From contig NC_045697.1 in the NCBI RefSeq assembly GCF_009834535.1, forward strand, positions 19,718,001 to 19,782,000: a stretch of DNA of 64,000 nt, written 5' to 3'. Below the pieces are notes generated by a model. The model worked only from the letters and a program-made list of their open reading frames with translations. It was not told the DNA's origin and did no database searches. The stretch is from Camelus ferus. Lineage: Eukaryota. A program made the translations under genes and the position numbers. Below, piece by piece: positions 13,246-27,129 of this stretch (the stretch's first letter is position 1; every line of letters starts with the position of its first letter).

Positions 13246-14199
13246 TAAAGATATTTGACTTCTCTCAAAAGGTTAGTTGTGAGATGCTCTACTACCTATA
13301 TCAAGGTATTGAGCAGTATAATGTAAATGGATCCTGCGTATTCATAAAGGTGGTTTGTCTTTGTAAATTTTTCCCATGGTGTTACAGTGACTCTTTGGTG
13401 TACTGTATTTGCATAACTATTTGAGGAGTTGAGATGAAATATAATGGTGTGTTGGCCAGTTAGCATCTTTAATTTAACCTTGAAAGTTAAGTTTATGGCT
13501 ACCTGAGATGCTTTGGTTTCAAAAGTTTACTGCATTTAGGATTCTAAAGCGTCCTCTATTTGCAAGATTGACTCTCTCCGCCTGATCAAAAACAATGAAC
13601 CCCAGAAAGTCATATTATTTTTGAGGAGGACAGTAACACAAATACTTGCATATGAGTTAGCATCATTTCTGTCCCTGATAAATTCCAAAGGCTCCTGGTT
13701 ATTAGACCCTTTAGAACTTCCCAGGATCCCATTTCCCAAGCCAAATTGCAAAGAAAACTCATAAAAATGGAAATTCATAGAAGAAATAACAGTGTGCTGC
13801 CAATGTTCAATGGGAAAAAATTGCTTGGCCAGCAGTCCAAACACAGGAATGAGCATTTTACAATAGTGTATGTGTACTGTCCCCATTAATTTATATTGAG
13901 GACAGCTGGAGGGATTTAAAAAAAAAATCCCAGCCACTATAGCAGAGATACAGGAATCTAAACATTAAGAACATGCTTAAAGGGCTGAATTGACTTTTAA
14001 AAGTGTATCTGAAGGACTTTAAATAGGGGCTTATTTAGCTAATATTTTTGAATTTTAATTAAATCAGCGTGTCAGGGCTGAAATCTTCCCCAAGGATCCA
14101 AATTGGACACAGATAGCTCATCAAATTGACACTCTCTGATTCTTTCTCATTAATGAAAGCCTGTATATATGCTTTAACTGTCATCTGATATTCCTTCTG

Positions 14200-14430
14200 G
14201 AAAGGAGCAATTAGGAGGGCAAGGTAGCATATTTAGTGCTTAAAGGTCTGCCATGTAAAAGAGTGTCTTAATATTTCCTGCATGACTCTAGAGAACAGAT
14301 CCAAGACCAATCAACTGCACTGAGAGGGCAATCATGTTTGGCTTAATACAGAAGATACCCTTGGAATTTCTCATTTGCTGGAATAAAGTGTCTTTCAAGG
14401 TCATAAGCTCCCTGTCAAAGAGATGCTTAG
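14200..14430 (+). mobile_element. CR1/L3 3' fragment
   Basis: aaggtctgccatgtaaaagag...gactctagagaacagatccaagaccaatc...tttggcttaatacagaaga resembles the L3 3' region. Confidence 0.65.
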
Positions 14431-15659
14431 TATGTGTAAAAATTTTTATATTTTTGAATCATGTGGGGACACTGTAAAATTATAAGTCAAAATTTCAAAG
14501 ATCTACTTTATTTTTGGCAGGATTAAGCTAAATACGTGCAATTTTAATGGATGCCACAAAACATTCTGATTTCCTAAGCATCAAATATTCTTTTATTTGT
14601 AATATTAAGCAGATTAGTTTTAGTGCGGTGTCCTTGAATTTATACTGAACAGGGGATGAAACTTTGGATAACATTAAGTTATTTTCATGTGCTAACCCAA
14701 TTTATAATTAGGACAAGATGGAAACCAATATGCTAAATAAATTCTTTTTATATGCTTAATTGGTTGCGGTATTATATGTATTCCCAATTATGATGCCCTC
14801 ACTTATATACATGTAGAACTTCCACATTAGTATGATAATTTGTCATGAAGACTTTTAACAGGAGAGGATAGAGTAAGCTAAAAAGAATAAATTGAATGAT
14901 AACAAGGCAATTATTAAAGGTTATTTTTTTCCCTTGGACTTCAGATTTTTTTTTCCAATAAGAAGTTACTCCCTTAGAGCTCAATTTCTCCTTTAACTTG
15001 GTGATCCTTTGATATGTTAGAACTGGATTCCATTTTTATGTGACTCTTCATAGAGTTGCATAAGATGAGAGAAGGATACATTTGATTTGTCTGTGAACTG
15101 GTTTTCATCAAAGGAGAATGACCGATGCATTTACTAAAAGAGTCAGAACAAACTTTGATCAGAAGACCAAAGAAATAAGAAAGATTAAGTGTAGACAGAC
15201 TTGCCTCTGGTGGCAAAATTCTGATGGAAACAACAGAATTCTCACACTGTTGTAGATACTTCATCCTGATCAAGTTATTCATTTTTTTTGTGTTAAAATT
15301 AGTAAAGATAGAAAAATGAAATACTTGATATAGTTAGATATCTTTTTGGTGAATCAAAGTGGAGTCAAAGGCAGTGATACTGGCCTGTTCATCAGGGAAT
15401 AAAACTTACGACTAGGAGAAATCAAGTCTCTTTGTGACTTCTCCATATCTCCATCATTTGAAATCATTTCTAATTTTAAAACAAATTATCAGTGATTCTG
15501 TAAAATGTAAAATTTGACTTTGTAATTCCATGGTGACACATTTCACATAAACAAATGTGGTATTGACTCATTTACACAGGATACAACTTAAGGGAAGATA
15601 GAAAAAATATCTTTTTTGGGGTGACAGAATTGTTACTGATAATATTTATTCCTTTATAT

Positions 15660-15922
15660 ACTTATTTAGTTACTTAACAAACACTTCTATAGAATATACT
15701 GTGAGATATTTTTCAGCATGCCTTCACAAAGCTAGTACATCTAAAACTCTTAACATCCCTATGAGGTTAAGTATTATTTTTAGTCCAGTTTTATAATTGT
15801 GGAAACAAAGGCATCAAATGGTTAATAACTTGCTCAAAATCACAGCTAGTAACTGGCGAAGCTGGGGTTCAAAGGCAGGTGGCCTGATTCTAGTTTTACC
15901 TCTTGACCACTACACTGTGCTT
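15660..15922 (-). mobile_element. MIR SINE
   Basis: aacttgctcaaaatcacagctagtaactggcgaagctggggttcaaa is the antisense MIR core. Confidence 0.85.
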
Positions 15923-16871
15923 TTATGATATTTAAGCATGCACTGAAGTTTATTGAAGATCGTTAAAAGTCCAAAATAATGTTTCCTCACCACCATTAGT
16001 TACAGAAGTTTCAGACTAATTCACTAATTGAAGTTACCTCTTCTTGATGCCCTAATGTGTTGCAGCGAAGAGTCAAAAATCAATCATTTCTTTCAAAGGT
16101 TAGTGTGGAAAACCATCAAACACATGGGGACAAAAATGCCAAACTGTGAGGTGGAAACAAAGATCAGAGTTTGATTTTTAAAAAAATACTCTTTAGAGAC
16201 TCACTTCCGATGAGCTACCAACTCTTTCCACAGACTCTAGAGTACTTACAGTGTATATGTTTCTGATTTCGCTATGGATAATACAAGAAGTAGTTCTTGA
16301 AGAGACAGAATTTAGATGCTTGGACAGTTAGATAATAATACAAGCAATGGCACAGTACAGAATGACTTACAAAATGTATGTCTGATTGAATTTTCATGAA
16401 TTTTCTATTGATCTATAGGATTAAGACCTTATATGCTATATATCCTGTGATGTGATATTTAGATGTATTTGAGGCATGCCTTATGTTTGCATTAATTTCA
16501 TCGTGTACATAAAGAAGAAAGTCAAATGATTGGAATCACTTTTCAGGGAAAAGTCATTAATTTTAGAATGTAACTGGGAAGTATGACTGCAGTACACAGA
16601 TGCTGAGGATGTATCTTTGAGATTAAATTAGCAATATAGATAACCAGTAAGTTCAGTTTGAGACCCTTATAATGTGCTCATTTTCTGAACTTGCAGTCAG
16701 TTAAAGAGGAACTATTAGGAATTCATGAAAGTTAAAAGATTATTTAATGTATAAATAAAAGCTGAGGACAAATATTGACATTTTATTATTTCACTTAATG
16801 CATATAGTAAAAGTTTCCCAGTAGATTTTTATCAAATAATATGCATTAGTTTCTGTACTTTTTGCACATTT

Positions 16872-17272
16872 TTCAAGTTTTCTAGGGCTGCAATAACAAA
16901 ACATTACAGACGGATGACTTACACAGCAGTGTTTATGTTTTCATTGTTCTAGAAGCTGGAAGTCTTCAGGTCAAGGTGTTAGCAGCTGTGTTTTCTCCTG
17001 AGGCCTCTCCTTCCCTTGCAGATGACCACCTGTGATGCTGTGTCCTCACGTGGTCTCTCCTCTGTGTTCGCACATCCGTGGTGTTTCTTTCTGTATCCAA
17101 ATTTCCTCTTGCTATCAAGGCACCAGGCAGATTTGATTAAAATCCCCACCCCATGACCTCATTTTATCACACCCTAAAGGCCCTATCTCCAGCTACAGTT
17201 GCATTCCGAGGTATTGGGGGTTAGGGCTTCAACATGTGAATTGAGGGGAAGGGACACAATTCAGCCCATAAT
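16872..17272 (-). mobile_element. MLT1B-like solo LTR
   Basis: ttctagggctgcaataacaaa...ctcctgaggcctctcc...gggggttagggcttcaacatgtgaatt...gggacacaattcagcccataa. Confidence 0.9.
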
Positions 17273-18359
17273 TCAGCTTATTTATACTCAAGTCTGTATT
17301 AGACTCTGCTTGTTGATAACGCAAATGAGAAAGAGACATGAATGAATCAGGGTTTTCAAGATGCATATAACATAACATAAACACATATTAAGCATGAGTC
17401 ACGTATCAGTAATGGCTGAAAGGATTTGTAGGACATGTGAGTACATTGTGGATTTGAGCCATCATTTCAGCCATGGAGTATAATTGCACGTGGATTCATG
17501 GGAAGTTATTTGCCATTTTGTTGCATGACCACAGAAACCTAAAGAAAATAAAGGAATCTAAATTAAAGCAGAAGAGGTTTTAGATATATATAATGACTTA
17601 GGTGACAAAATAAGGAATTACTAGAGAAGTTATGGTATTTTCATCTTAGATTTTCAAGACCACAGCAGGAGGCTTTATATGCTTATGAAGTCTACAGATT
17701 ATCTCTAATAAACACTCTTTTGGACATGCTGAACATTTGATTATATGAATATCAGTGTCCACTGGCAGCACTGTATATTTAGGCATTATCAAGTCAAAGT
17801 TTGATTAATGAAAAGTGTACCTAATATGCTATCTGCATTTCTTCTGATCCATTCTGTTCTCTGTATTGTTACTAAAATAAATTTTCACTAAACTGCTTGG
17901 GAAATTCCAAAGACTCACATTTTCCACGACTGGGGCTAAGCTTTACCAGGCACTTAGTTGTCTCTGTAAATGTTTCTACTTTATTGTATCTCCCTTTAAC
18001 TCCAAAATCTAATGCCAGCTTCTCTCAAACCAGCAACTTCACTGTTCCTGAAACAAATCACATTTCGTTTGCTTTTTGTGTTTCTTTTCTGGCTACTCCT
18101 CCCCATTTTAATGGATTCCTTATTGCCTACACTGATTCTACTCCATTTTATGGTACAGTGCAAACTACATTCTTTTAGAACATTTTCCCTAAATTGCTTT
18201 GATATATGGGCATATCGTATAGGTCTCATTTTACAACATATTATTTGCTGCACAAATTAACATTTATTTTAAAGTATTTTATATTACTTAACAGTTCATC
18301 TTGGATCATCTTTGTATGATCCATTATTAAAAGACTTTGAAAGCTTAAAAGATATACTT

Positions 18360-18540
18360 TAAAGTCACACAGACATGAATGTTAATACTATCCCTGTCAA
18401 TGATGAGTAATTTGGGGATATTCACTTAATGTCTCTGAAGCAGAGTGTCCTCATAGCTACAATTTAGAGAATGATATCTGCTTCCTATGGTTGAATATAT
18501 ATGATCACACTATGCCTGATGTCTTGTACTAGCGTTCATC
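18360..18540 (+). mobile_element. MIR SINE (degenerate)
   Basis: tttggggatattcacttaatgtctctgaagcagagtgtcctcatagctacaat. Confidence 0.6.
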
Positions 18541-18642
18541 TCTGTTTTATTTCTCCATCTCTTTACCCTCATCCCCATTCCCAAGATGTTTTTTAACCCA
18601 CATGTAGCAGATACTCTAAGTTTTTTTCTTTGATATCCTGTT

Positions 18643-19120
18643 TGTATCAGTCAAATGCAGTCTGGAAAATAGTGTAAATATTTCAATCAGAAAGGGATTT
18701 AATACAGAAGTATTAGAAATTAAAAGGACTAGAGGAACAAAAATAAATAGTAAGAAAAATGATGTCACCCAGCATATACTAAGAGAAAGAAGCTGTTCTG
18801 TCCCCTGGGCATGCAAGAGAAAATGAGAAAAAGGTAGTGCTATCTGTGGATCGCTAACCGTAGAAACCATGGTGCTGAAGGTATGGATGAAAGAAAGTGG
18901 TATTCCTGGGAAAATAAGAACCCACATTTCTTATGATGATGAAGGAATCTAGGAGCCACATCTTCTGATTCTGTTTCCAGATGCAGAAAACTGTATTTTT
19001 GTCTTCTTTCTATTTTCCAATTTCACACAGTTTCCTCCAACTGGCAGTAATTAATCAGAAACCAGCTGGAAGAGTATAAGGTGAAATGTAATTTTTAGGA
19101 TTTCAGTCTTGTAGGCATAG
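18643..19120 (-). mobile_element. Ancient LTR element (family uncertain)
   Basis: Begins tgtatcagtca...gggatttaatacag and later has aaaccagctggaagag...gaaatgtaattt, which are typical old LTR motifs. Confidence 0.45.
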
Positions 19121-20157
19121 ACTATGTCAGGTTTTTAAGATTATACTGTAGTTTAAAAAAAAAAAACACCCCTAGGATATCAGTAGTGGTTTACAACGTG
19201 ATGGTAACTTCCTACCTCTGTTACACGTTGGCAGGTCTGGTGCGGCTGAAGCTGCGTTCCATGTGTCTTCTTTCTTGGGCTGAAGGGGTAACATGTATTT
19301 GTGGTGCACCATCTCAGCAAGGGTGAAAGAACGCGGCTGTCAATGGGATCACATAATGGCTTTTAAAATTTCTGATTTGATCTGGCTTTTGTCATTTAAA
19401 TTCACATTTCACTGGCCAACCATGTCATATGGCCAAGCCTTACAACGTGGCTCGTGAGTTTCATCTTCCCCAAAGGAAGAAACTGGAGTTTACATGGTAT
19501 GGGAAAGGATGTAAGCTGCTCTCATAGACTAACCAGAGGAGAGCATACTTGAACAGCCCATGTACCACTGTACCACTGTCAACTTTCTTGGTCCCAGATA
19601 TTTACTTTTGTCCTTTCTCCCTCTTTGTGCAAAGTGAATGCAAGACTCCACAGGAGGCAGTCTAAAAGCCCCATTCAGTCCCATCAGTGAGCTAAAGACC
19701 CAAAGTCTTGTTATGGTCTCCCACATCAGCTATGTCTTGATTAAGAAAACTAAAAGTTTAAAAGGAAAACAAAAAACAAAAAACAAAATTCTGCTCCGAA
19801 ACACCCAAGATACTTTGATACAACAGAGATAAAATGACAATACTGATTCCATGCAGAAACAGGAAGAATTAGAGACACATAGCGTTTACTTGTCTATAGA
19901 AATTATTAAATCTTGTTCTTGAAACAGCCCACAATCTTCGGAGTAGGGAGTGTTTCTTGTTTAGGCCTTAGTTCTTAGTCTATGAGAACATCTTCCCCCT
20001 TGGTTCTTGGCTCTTGACTCCAATCTCAGAGAACTGCTTTCCTTGAGGCTAAAGTTTACTTAATACTAAACTGTAGGTTATTATTTAGGACCTGAGAGAT
20101 TTTCTTCAGCTTTCATTGTGCCATGGAAACTTGGCAGCCCAAAGGTTATTTTATGTC

Positions 20158-21253
20158 TTTTTTTTTAAAATTGAATTATAGTCAGTTTACAATGTTGTGT
20201 CAATTTCCAGTGCAGAGCACAATTTTTCAGTTATACATGAACATACTTATATTCATTGTCACATTCTTTTTCGCTGTGAGCTACCACAAGATCTTGTATA
20301 TATTTCCCTGTGCTATACAGTATAATCTTGTTTATATATTCTACATATGTCTGTCAGTATCTACAAATTTCAAGCTCCCAGTCTGGCCCTTACCACCCAC
20401 CTCCCCGCTGGCAACCACAAGTTTGTATTCTATGTCTACTAGTCTACTGTTTCTGATTTGTATTTATGTTCTTTTTTTTTTTAGATTCCACATATGAGCA
20501 ATCTCATACAGTATTTTTCTTTTTCTTTCTGGCTTACTTCACTTAGAATGACATTCTCGAGAAACATCCATGTTGTGGTAAATGGTGTTATGTTGTCATT
20601 TTTCACGGCTGAATAGTACTCCATTGTATAAATATACCACTTCTTCTTTATCCAGTCATCTGTTGATGGACATTTAGGCTGTTTCCATGTCTTGGCTATT
20701 GTCAATGGTGCTGATATGAACATTGGGGTGCAGGTGTCCTTTTGAAGTAGGGTTCCTTCTGGATATATGCCCAGGAGTGGGATTCCTGGGTCATATGGTA
20801 AGTCTATTCCTAGTCTTTTGAGGAATCTCCATACTGCTTTCCACAGTGGCTGCACCAAACTGCATTCCCACCAGCAGTGTAGGAGGTTTCCCTTTTCTCC
20901 ACAGCCTCTCCAGCATTTGTCACTTGTGGATTTTTGAATGATGGCCATTCTGACTGGTGTGAGGTGATACCTCATTGTAGTTTTGATTTGCATTTCTCTG
21001 ATAATTAGTGATATTGAGCAGTTTTTCATGTGCCTATTGATCATTTGTATTTCTTTCTTGAGAATTGCTTATTTAGATCTTCTGCCCATTTTTGGATTGG
21101 GTTGTTTGTTTTTTTCTTATTAAGTCATATGAGTTGCTTAGATATTCTGGAGATCAAGCCTTTGTCGGTTTTCTCTTTTGCAAAAATTTTCTCCCATTCT
21201 GTAGGTTATCGCTTTGTTTTGCTTATGGTTTCCTTTGCTGTGCAGAAGCTTGT
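20158..21253 (-). mobile_element. Young L1 (camelid-type), 5'-truncated, 1.1 kb
   Basis: Poly-T at 20158, 3' UTR and ORF2 C-terminus; ends at gctgtgcagaagcttgt. Confidence 0.95.
20481..21044 (-). pseudogene. L1 ORF2p C-terminal segment, 187 aa open frame (Cys-rich domain)
   Basis: [19 protein letters not shown]...[19 protein letters not shown]...[10 protein letters not shown]; frameshifted just upstream, so not a functional gene. Confidence 0.93.
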
Positions 21254-21509
21254 GAACAGTCACAGGATCTTTTGATGCAGGTTGATAACTTTTTTTGGAA
21301 GTACAACTCACTCAAAAACTTTGATTCCAGTCAGGCTAATTGTCCTAATAGCTTGACCCACAATTCTTTTTGAAGCATGCTTCTCTCTCTAAACCAAGAT
21401 ACAGTTCATCCGAGTTTATAAGTCTTTAGGGGAGCACCACACTGTCTCTTTTCTCTGAGACATTTTGCCATCTAAAAGGATTTTAAAGATGAATTACGGG
21501 TGCTGTGTG

Positions 21510-21598
21510 TTTTCCTTTCTTTCTTTCTTCCTTCCTCCCTCCCTCCCTTTAATCCCTCTCTCCCTCTCTCTTTCTTTCTCCTTTTCTTTCCTTTTTTT
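21510..21598 (+). repeat. CT-rich low-complexity tract
   Basis: ttcctttctttctttcttccttcctccctccctccc... Confidence 0.85.
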
Positions 21599-23609
21599 AA
21601 AAAACAAAGTCACTCATAACCATATCCTAGATTTGGTCTTTGCCCTGTGACTGAAAATTAATTTATCATTTACCTGTTTTATCTCTCACTTTGCAAGCCC
21701 TAAAATTTCTGGATCCTCCACATTTCCCCTTTTTTATAAACCAATTAACTCTTTCTTGTAGTAGATTGTCATTTAGCTAATAACAACTAAGTCTCATCTA
21801 TAACATTGCATATTCCAACCCCTTTAACAAAAACTTATTCAGCACATTTTCTGCCTTAATAGTCATGGGTAAGACTTTCACAAACTATTTTGCATCTTTA
21901 TGACATGGTAGGACATGTTTTCAAACATTTAATACCAATTTTGGCCTTATCCTCCCCCTAATGCCATAAGCCAGTGCCACATAGTTTAGCCTTATCTTAT
22001 GAAAGCATCTCATTTTCAGAATAACCAACTTTATTAGGTTATTTATTGACAATTCCCCCATTTACAAATATACTGGTGTGTTTCTCATTTACTTTGCATA
22101 TTATTAGATGTGAGTTTCACGTGTTTTGGTTTCATGTATCTCCTCATTCTGGAACTTGATATGAAAGACCAGGCCCTATTTGGGACATGCTATTCTCCTG
22201 GCAGAGGGAGGGAGCAAGAGGGTTAACAGAAATACAAAATGGCTAGTTAAACTTCTGCTTGGAATGGATTTTCATCACCTTTGCCTACATTTTATTGACC
22301 AAAGAAAAAGTCAAATGGCCACATCTGACAATGGAGTCATGTATTACACTCTTCCTGCAGGAAAGCCCCTTAAGTCACATGGCCAAGAGAAGGATGCATA
22401 CTCCTCTTACAAAGAAGACAACATAAAATTTTCAGGGCAAAAATGCAAGCTTTAGAAGAGCACTCTGTAGGAAGGGGCTTTGAGAGCCTAAGAACCAACA
22501 AGCAATAACAAACATTTGATTTTTAAAATTTTGCATCAAAATTAGAAATCTTACCAATACTGATTGTTTTGCAGAATGCTTCCATAAAACTCCATGTGAT
22601 TTTGTAATTGGAAAACATTTGGGAAATCAATTTTTCAGTGAGTAGTTTAATGTAAGTTCATTTAAGTAAGGTCTTGGTCAAGTGGCGGTCGGTTGAATGA
22701 ACTGGAAAAGATCGCAGAATACTGTTTGGCCCAAGCCAATTTATTTTATTTTACTGCTTCCATCTCTGGCTTCATAAATATTCATAACATCTGAACCTGG
22801 AAAGGAAATAGGTTCTGCAGAGCTAGTGTTATAAAGTAAGTACTTCCTGCCATATTTATTCAAATAAAAACAGACAAAAGATATGATTGTATTTAGATTC
22901 AATCTGGTTATTTTAACAGAAGAAAAGCAGAAGGTAAGGTTGCTGTGCCAAAGAGTGAAAAATCAGGGAAGAGTTGCTTCTCTATTGTGCCAATTCCAAG
23001 TTACCTGCACCCAAATTTTAGTATCAAAATTGGGTTAAGCTTCTCTTTTGGTTTCGTAGAGTGTGGCAGATTCTGTTTGATGGGGAGATGCTCTTCAGGT
23101 GCCAAAGATAAGGGGCTCTCTCTTCTTCATTATGCAGCTAGAGCTACATATAAATGTATTTTACTACTTATTGAGAGGATTTTAATTCTTTTTAGAAGTG
23201 AAGACAAAATTCTTGTCGTATTTCATGAGGTATATTTATCATTCTGTGTAAGCTTTAAAATTATAACCATATATTAATTGTAATTATCATTACTCAATAT
23301 AATGATAATAAAACTATTTCTCTAAAGCATATAGCTGTGGATATATAAATTCTGCGGGTGGTAAAGTAAGTATATTAATGCAAAAATGATATTTCACCTC
23401 TTGTAAATAAGTGCTATCAGGTAATATTTACATGTGTTAATATTCAGATTGCAAAGTCAGCCGTCCCTTTAGTGAAGAACTGTCCTGGGAGTCGTCAGCC
23501 ACTTTTACATGCTGCACTTGCTAGTTGGGAATGGTTAGGAAATTGTTCTTGTCAGGGAGGGTAGAGGTGATACAGCATCAGTGTGTTTGACTATCTTAAC
23601 ATGCTGCAA

Positions 23610-23707
23610 CCTCCTCTGCTCTGCCTCTTTCTCCCGCTCTCTGTCCCTCTCTCATTTTCTCTCTCTCCCCTCTCCTCCCTCCTTTCCTCACTCTCACTCT
23701 CTTTTTC
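23610..23707 (+). repeat. CT-rich low-complexity tract
   Basis: ctcctctgctctgcctctttctcccgctctctgtccctctctc... Confidence 0.8.
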
Positions 23708-24169
23708 TAACAGAAAAAAGAGAGAAAGACTATATCAGTATATCATGCATCTATTAATAACCACCATCTGAATGATTACTTACATATATGTAAAAGATTA
23801 ATTAAAAACAAAACAAAACAAAAGACCTTGTTTACACACACCTGAGAACAATAAAGAAGACTTGGAAATCAGAGGAATTCTCTTCCACAGTGGTTTATGT
23901 TTTTGTGCTGGCCAGTGGTTTTGTCTCAATTTTTCTCTTTCCAAAAATATGTGGGGTTTAAGCTATTTGTTCATTTTGTATCAGATACAGTTGGAAAAAC
24001 AATAAAGTCGTTGTGTTCTTGTTTACTTTTTGTAGTTTAATTTTGTTTTGTTCTTACTTCCTGCAGCCTGCAGACACAGAGGAAAATTAGTTTGTTTCCT
24101 GGACAAACACACCTATAGCTTATAGCAGACTATTATCTGTATAGTTCATTAATAATGATCATGGTACTA

Positions 24170-24430
24170 CTTATAATAGGAAACATTTATTTAGAGCTTA
24201 CTAAACACCCAACACTGTTAGGAGAGTGGATAAATATGGATACGTTTTATTCTTACGATACTCCTATCACATAGTGAGCTATAATCATTCTGTTTACAGA
24301 GGGGAACACTAAAGGGAAAGAGTTTGAGTAATTTCCTCAAGGTCACATGGCTGATAAGTGGCAGAGCTGTGACTCGAACCTAGGCACTTTTTGCCCTAAG
24401 TTTCAGGTTCTTAGTAGCTATAATGTACTG
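24170..24430 (-). mobile_element. MIR SINE
   Basis: cctcaaggtcacatggctgataagtggcagagctgtgactcgaacctaggca. Confidence 0.88.
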
Positions 24431-24799
24431 TTCATTTCTTCATGACTGTGCTGCGCTTATTCTGCTTTCCCTGTCTCCTGCTTGCCCAGATAACTGTCTG
24501 TATGTTGTCTTGGTATCTGAGCAGCACCGGAGTTAAGCTCCGGGTCTCTCTGCCTTATGCAGTCTCATTTGCTCTGTGTCTGCTTTGACCCACTAAAACT
24601 AATCTCCCTACGACCAGATGCGGCACTTCACAGAGCTTCTTAAGCCATATTATAATTTGATTGTTGAGTGGTGAGATTGGTCTTTTTTTCCCCTCTACTT
24701 AATTGCTAACTCTTTGGGGGCAAAAATGCACTTCTTTGTTCACCATGGCTTCTATTAAAGTGCTAATAGCATGTTTAATGCTGAATGGAAATTTAGTTA

Positions 24800-24905
24800 C
24801 CACATGACTGGGGAAGCATGGATGCCTACACATAATTATAGCAGCCAGGCCCACAAAGCCTAAAATGTTTACCATCTGGTCCTTGAAAGAAAAAACACTG
24901 ACCTG
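24800..24905. mobile_element. MER58-like hAT/Charlie fragment
   Basis: ggcccacaaagcctaaaatgtttaccatctggtccttgaaagaaaaa. Confidence 0.7.
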
Positions 24906-27129
24906 ATGCTGCAACGTAGGCTGAATCCTGCGCATTAGTTGAATTTTCTCAAATTATCACCTAACACATGCCCTCCTTCTCTTCGTTCCAGACTAAACCT
25001 AGACGTCTGCCTTTCTGTTTACTGCCTTTTCTCCCATTATCCACATGTATGTTTTATCCCGAGGTACCATTAGCTCAAAAAAATAAAATAAGCCCATTTC
25101 ATGAAACTCAGCTTTACTTGAGGAAGGGGGTGGATACATTAGAACCGTTAGAGAAGGGCTGGAACACGTGGGAAATACAAAGTGAAAGATTCCAGGCTGA
25201 GTTTTCTGGGAAAAAAAAATAAGAGTTCCACTATGAATGCTTGCCTTTTAAAGAGAAAAGTAGATACATTGTAAAATGTGTGAAACTGAAATATATATTT
25301 CTATTGTCTGGTAGTGAATCCAGAAAGTATTAAGAGAAATGCCTATTTTCCTATTAAGTTTCAATATATTCACTAAAAAGAAAATAGGCCTATCAAGTAA
25401 TTATTTCAAAGGTTTCAGTAATCCTGAATAAACTTGTATTGATTGAACATCAAAAGAACGTTGAGCCTTGACATATATTTAATGCTCTTGGTAGAGCTTA
25501 ACATTGATCTTTAATTGAGCATTTTCCCTAAATATAACTATAGATGATGAAATTTAGTAATTGGGGTATAGAGGCAATTATTGCCATAAAAATATATTCT
25601 CAGCTAAAAAAGAAACTCTGAACAAAGGAAATAATGTCACCTTTAAAGAGCCTGCATCTAAACCTTCGCAATATATATTGGGGACTCAGTTTAAGTTAAA
25701 ATTATACCTTTATTTATATCAGTGTGGATTATTCTCATAAATTTTAAATAAAATAAGTGGGTAAAACTAGAACCATCAAAAATCTGGTCTTCCCTAGATA
25801 TATACAGAGTTGGAAATCTACTTTTTAAATCTTATTAAATGTTTAAAAATTTAAAATGGTTTAATCAGACAGCCATGGCCTTTCTTTCTGGCCTTCTTTT
25901 TCTTTGGATTTTTTTTCTTTCAATGTATTTTCAAAATGTATAATATATATATATTTCAAACTTCTTTAACATGTGACATTATTATACATTATATTTTTTG
26001 TTGTTTTTCAGTGGCGGGATATGCAGTTCTATTTTTCTGGGATGAGGTTCATTTTTCAAATTAATATCTCATGACTTCTTTTTCATAACACTTGGCTCAT
26101 TTGCTTTTGTACTTCCATGTCTATGGCTACATATGAGATAACTCAGAACAGAGGAGAAAGAATGATGAGTCTCTAAAAGCACACTTGACCCAAATGTTAA
26201 TGACAATAACCAAAAATGTATACTTTCTGTCTTCCACCAGTGGTATGCAAAATTTTATATCAAGTATTTTATAAGCTATTTTGCTATAAAATAATCTTAC
26301 ATGGATATATTATTCCATGAGAATTACTCCCATACCCACAAAATGAATTTGCATATAATTCTTACTCATTAGAATGTAAAATGTGTTATACTTGTTCAAG
26401 GGTATTATATTTTTATCTTCCTTAGAACTGATAATAATTTGAATAGTTTATCTGTTATTGGTCAAGTTGTTAAATTATTATGCTACTCTTAGAAAAATAT
26501 ATTTCACCTAAAACAGCCAAATATTTTGTAACATTTGACCAAAGGAAAATAAAGGTGGAAAGAGTTTATAATTCTGAAAGATGACCATATACTAAAAAGA
26601 TCCATATAATAATATTTATATCAATATTTTTATTAAATCATGAAATTGCAGAGTCATTGCTCTAAGTCCTCCATGAGTTTGTTTTATAGAATCCTGCATT
26701 CATTATTTGGATTATTATACAAAAACAAGTAGGAAAATTAAAACTATTAAAAATTATCTAACAACACTTTGTTGCCAGGCTATTCCAGGAGCCATGGGTA
26801 CATTAGTTAAAATTCACTGTCCTCAGTGATGGTTTGGGGTGGCTTCTAGGAATTTCATCTACTGATTCATACTCAAAACAAAACAAAACAAAAATCTGTC
26901 CATGTTTTAAAAAGGCATGGAATATTAATGAAAACAAAATATGATTTAACTTTGTGTCTCTAATCTGAAATTTCATTTAGCAGGTTGTCACAATTTTCAA
27001 CTGTAATTTATACAAATAAATTTATGTAAATGAAATATTTTATTAAACACATAAATATTGGCCAGGAAACTGATTATGTCAATACAAGTTGAACCACATA
27101 GGCCCCCAAACTTTGGATTCTTTGTGAAC

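Larger units (their letters stand above)
19125..22450 (-). mobile_element. MaLR provirus remnant: MLT1 LTR (about 19125-19575), MLT1 internal, MLT1 LTR (about 22030-22450), interrupted by an L1
   Basis: Two co-oriented similar LTRs (cacatttcactggccaaccatgtcatatggccaagcct and tacattttattgaccaaagaaaaagtcaaatggccacatct) flank MLT-int-like sequence. Confidence 0.7.

Noticed and set aside
13536..13937. 133-aa ORF, and the other 60-140 aa ORFs in the track
   Set aside because: No recognisable domain, many non-ATG starts and no supporting exon structure; consistent with chance ORFs.
20481..21044. Longest ORF (187 aa) as a host gene
   Set aside because: It is the L1 ORF2 C-terminus in a 5'-truncated copy, with a frameshift just upstream.
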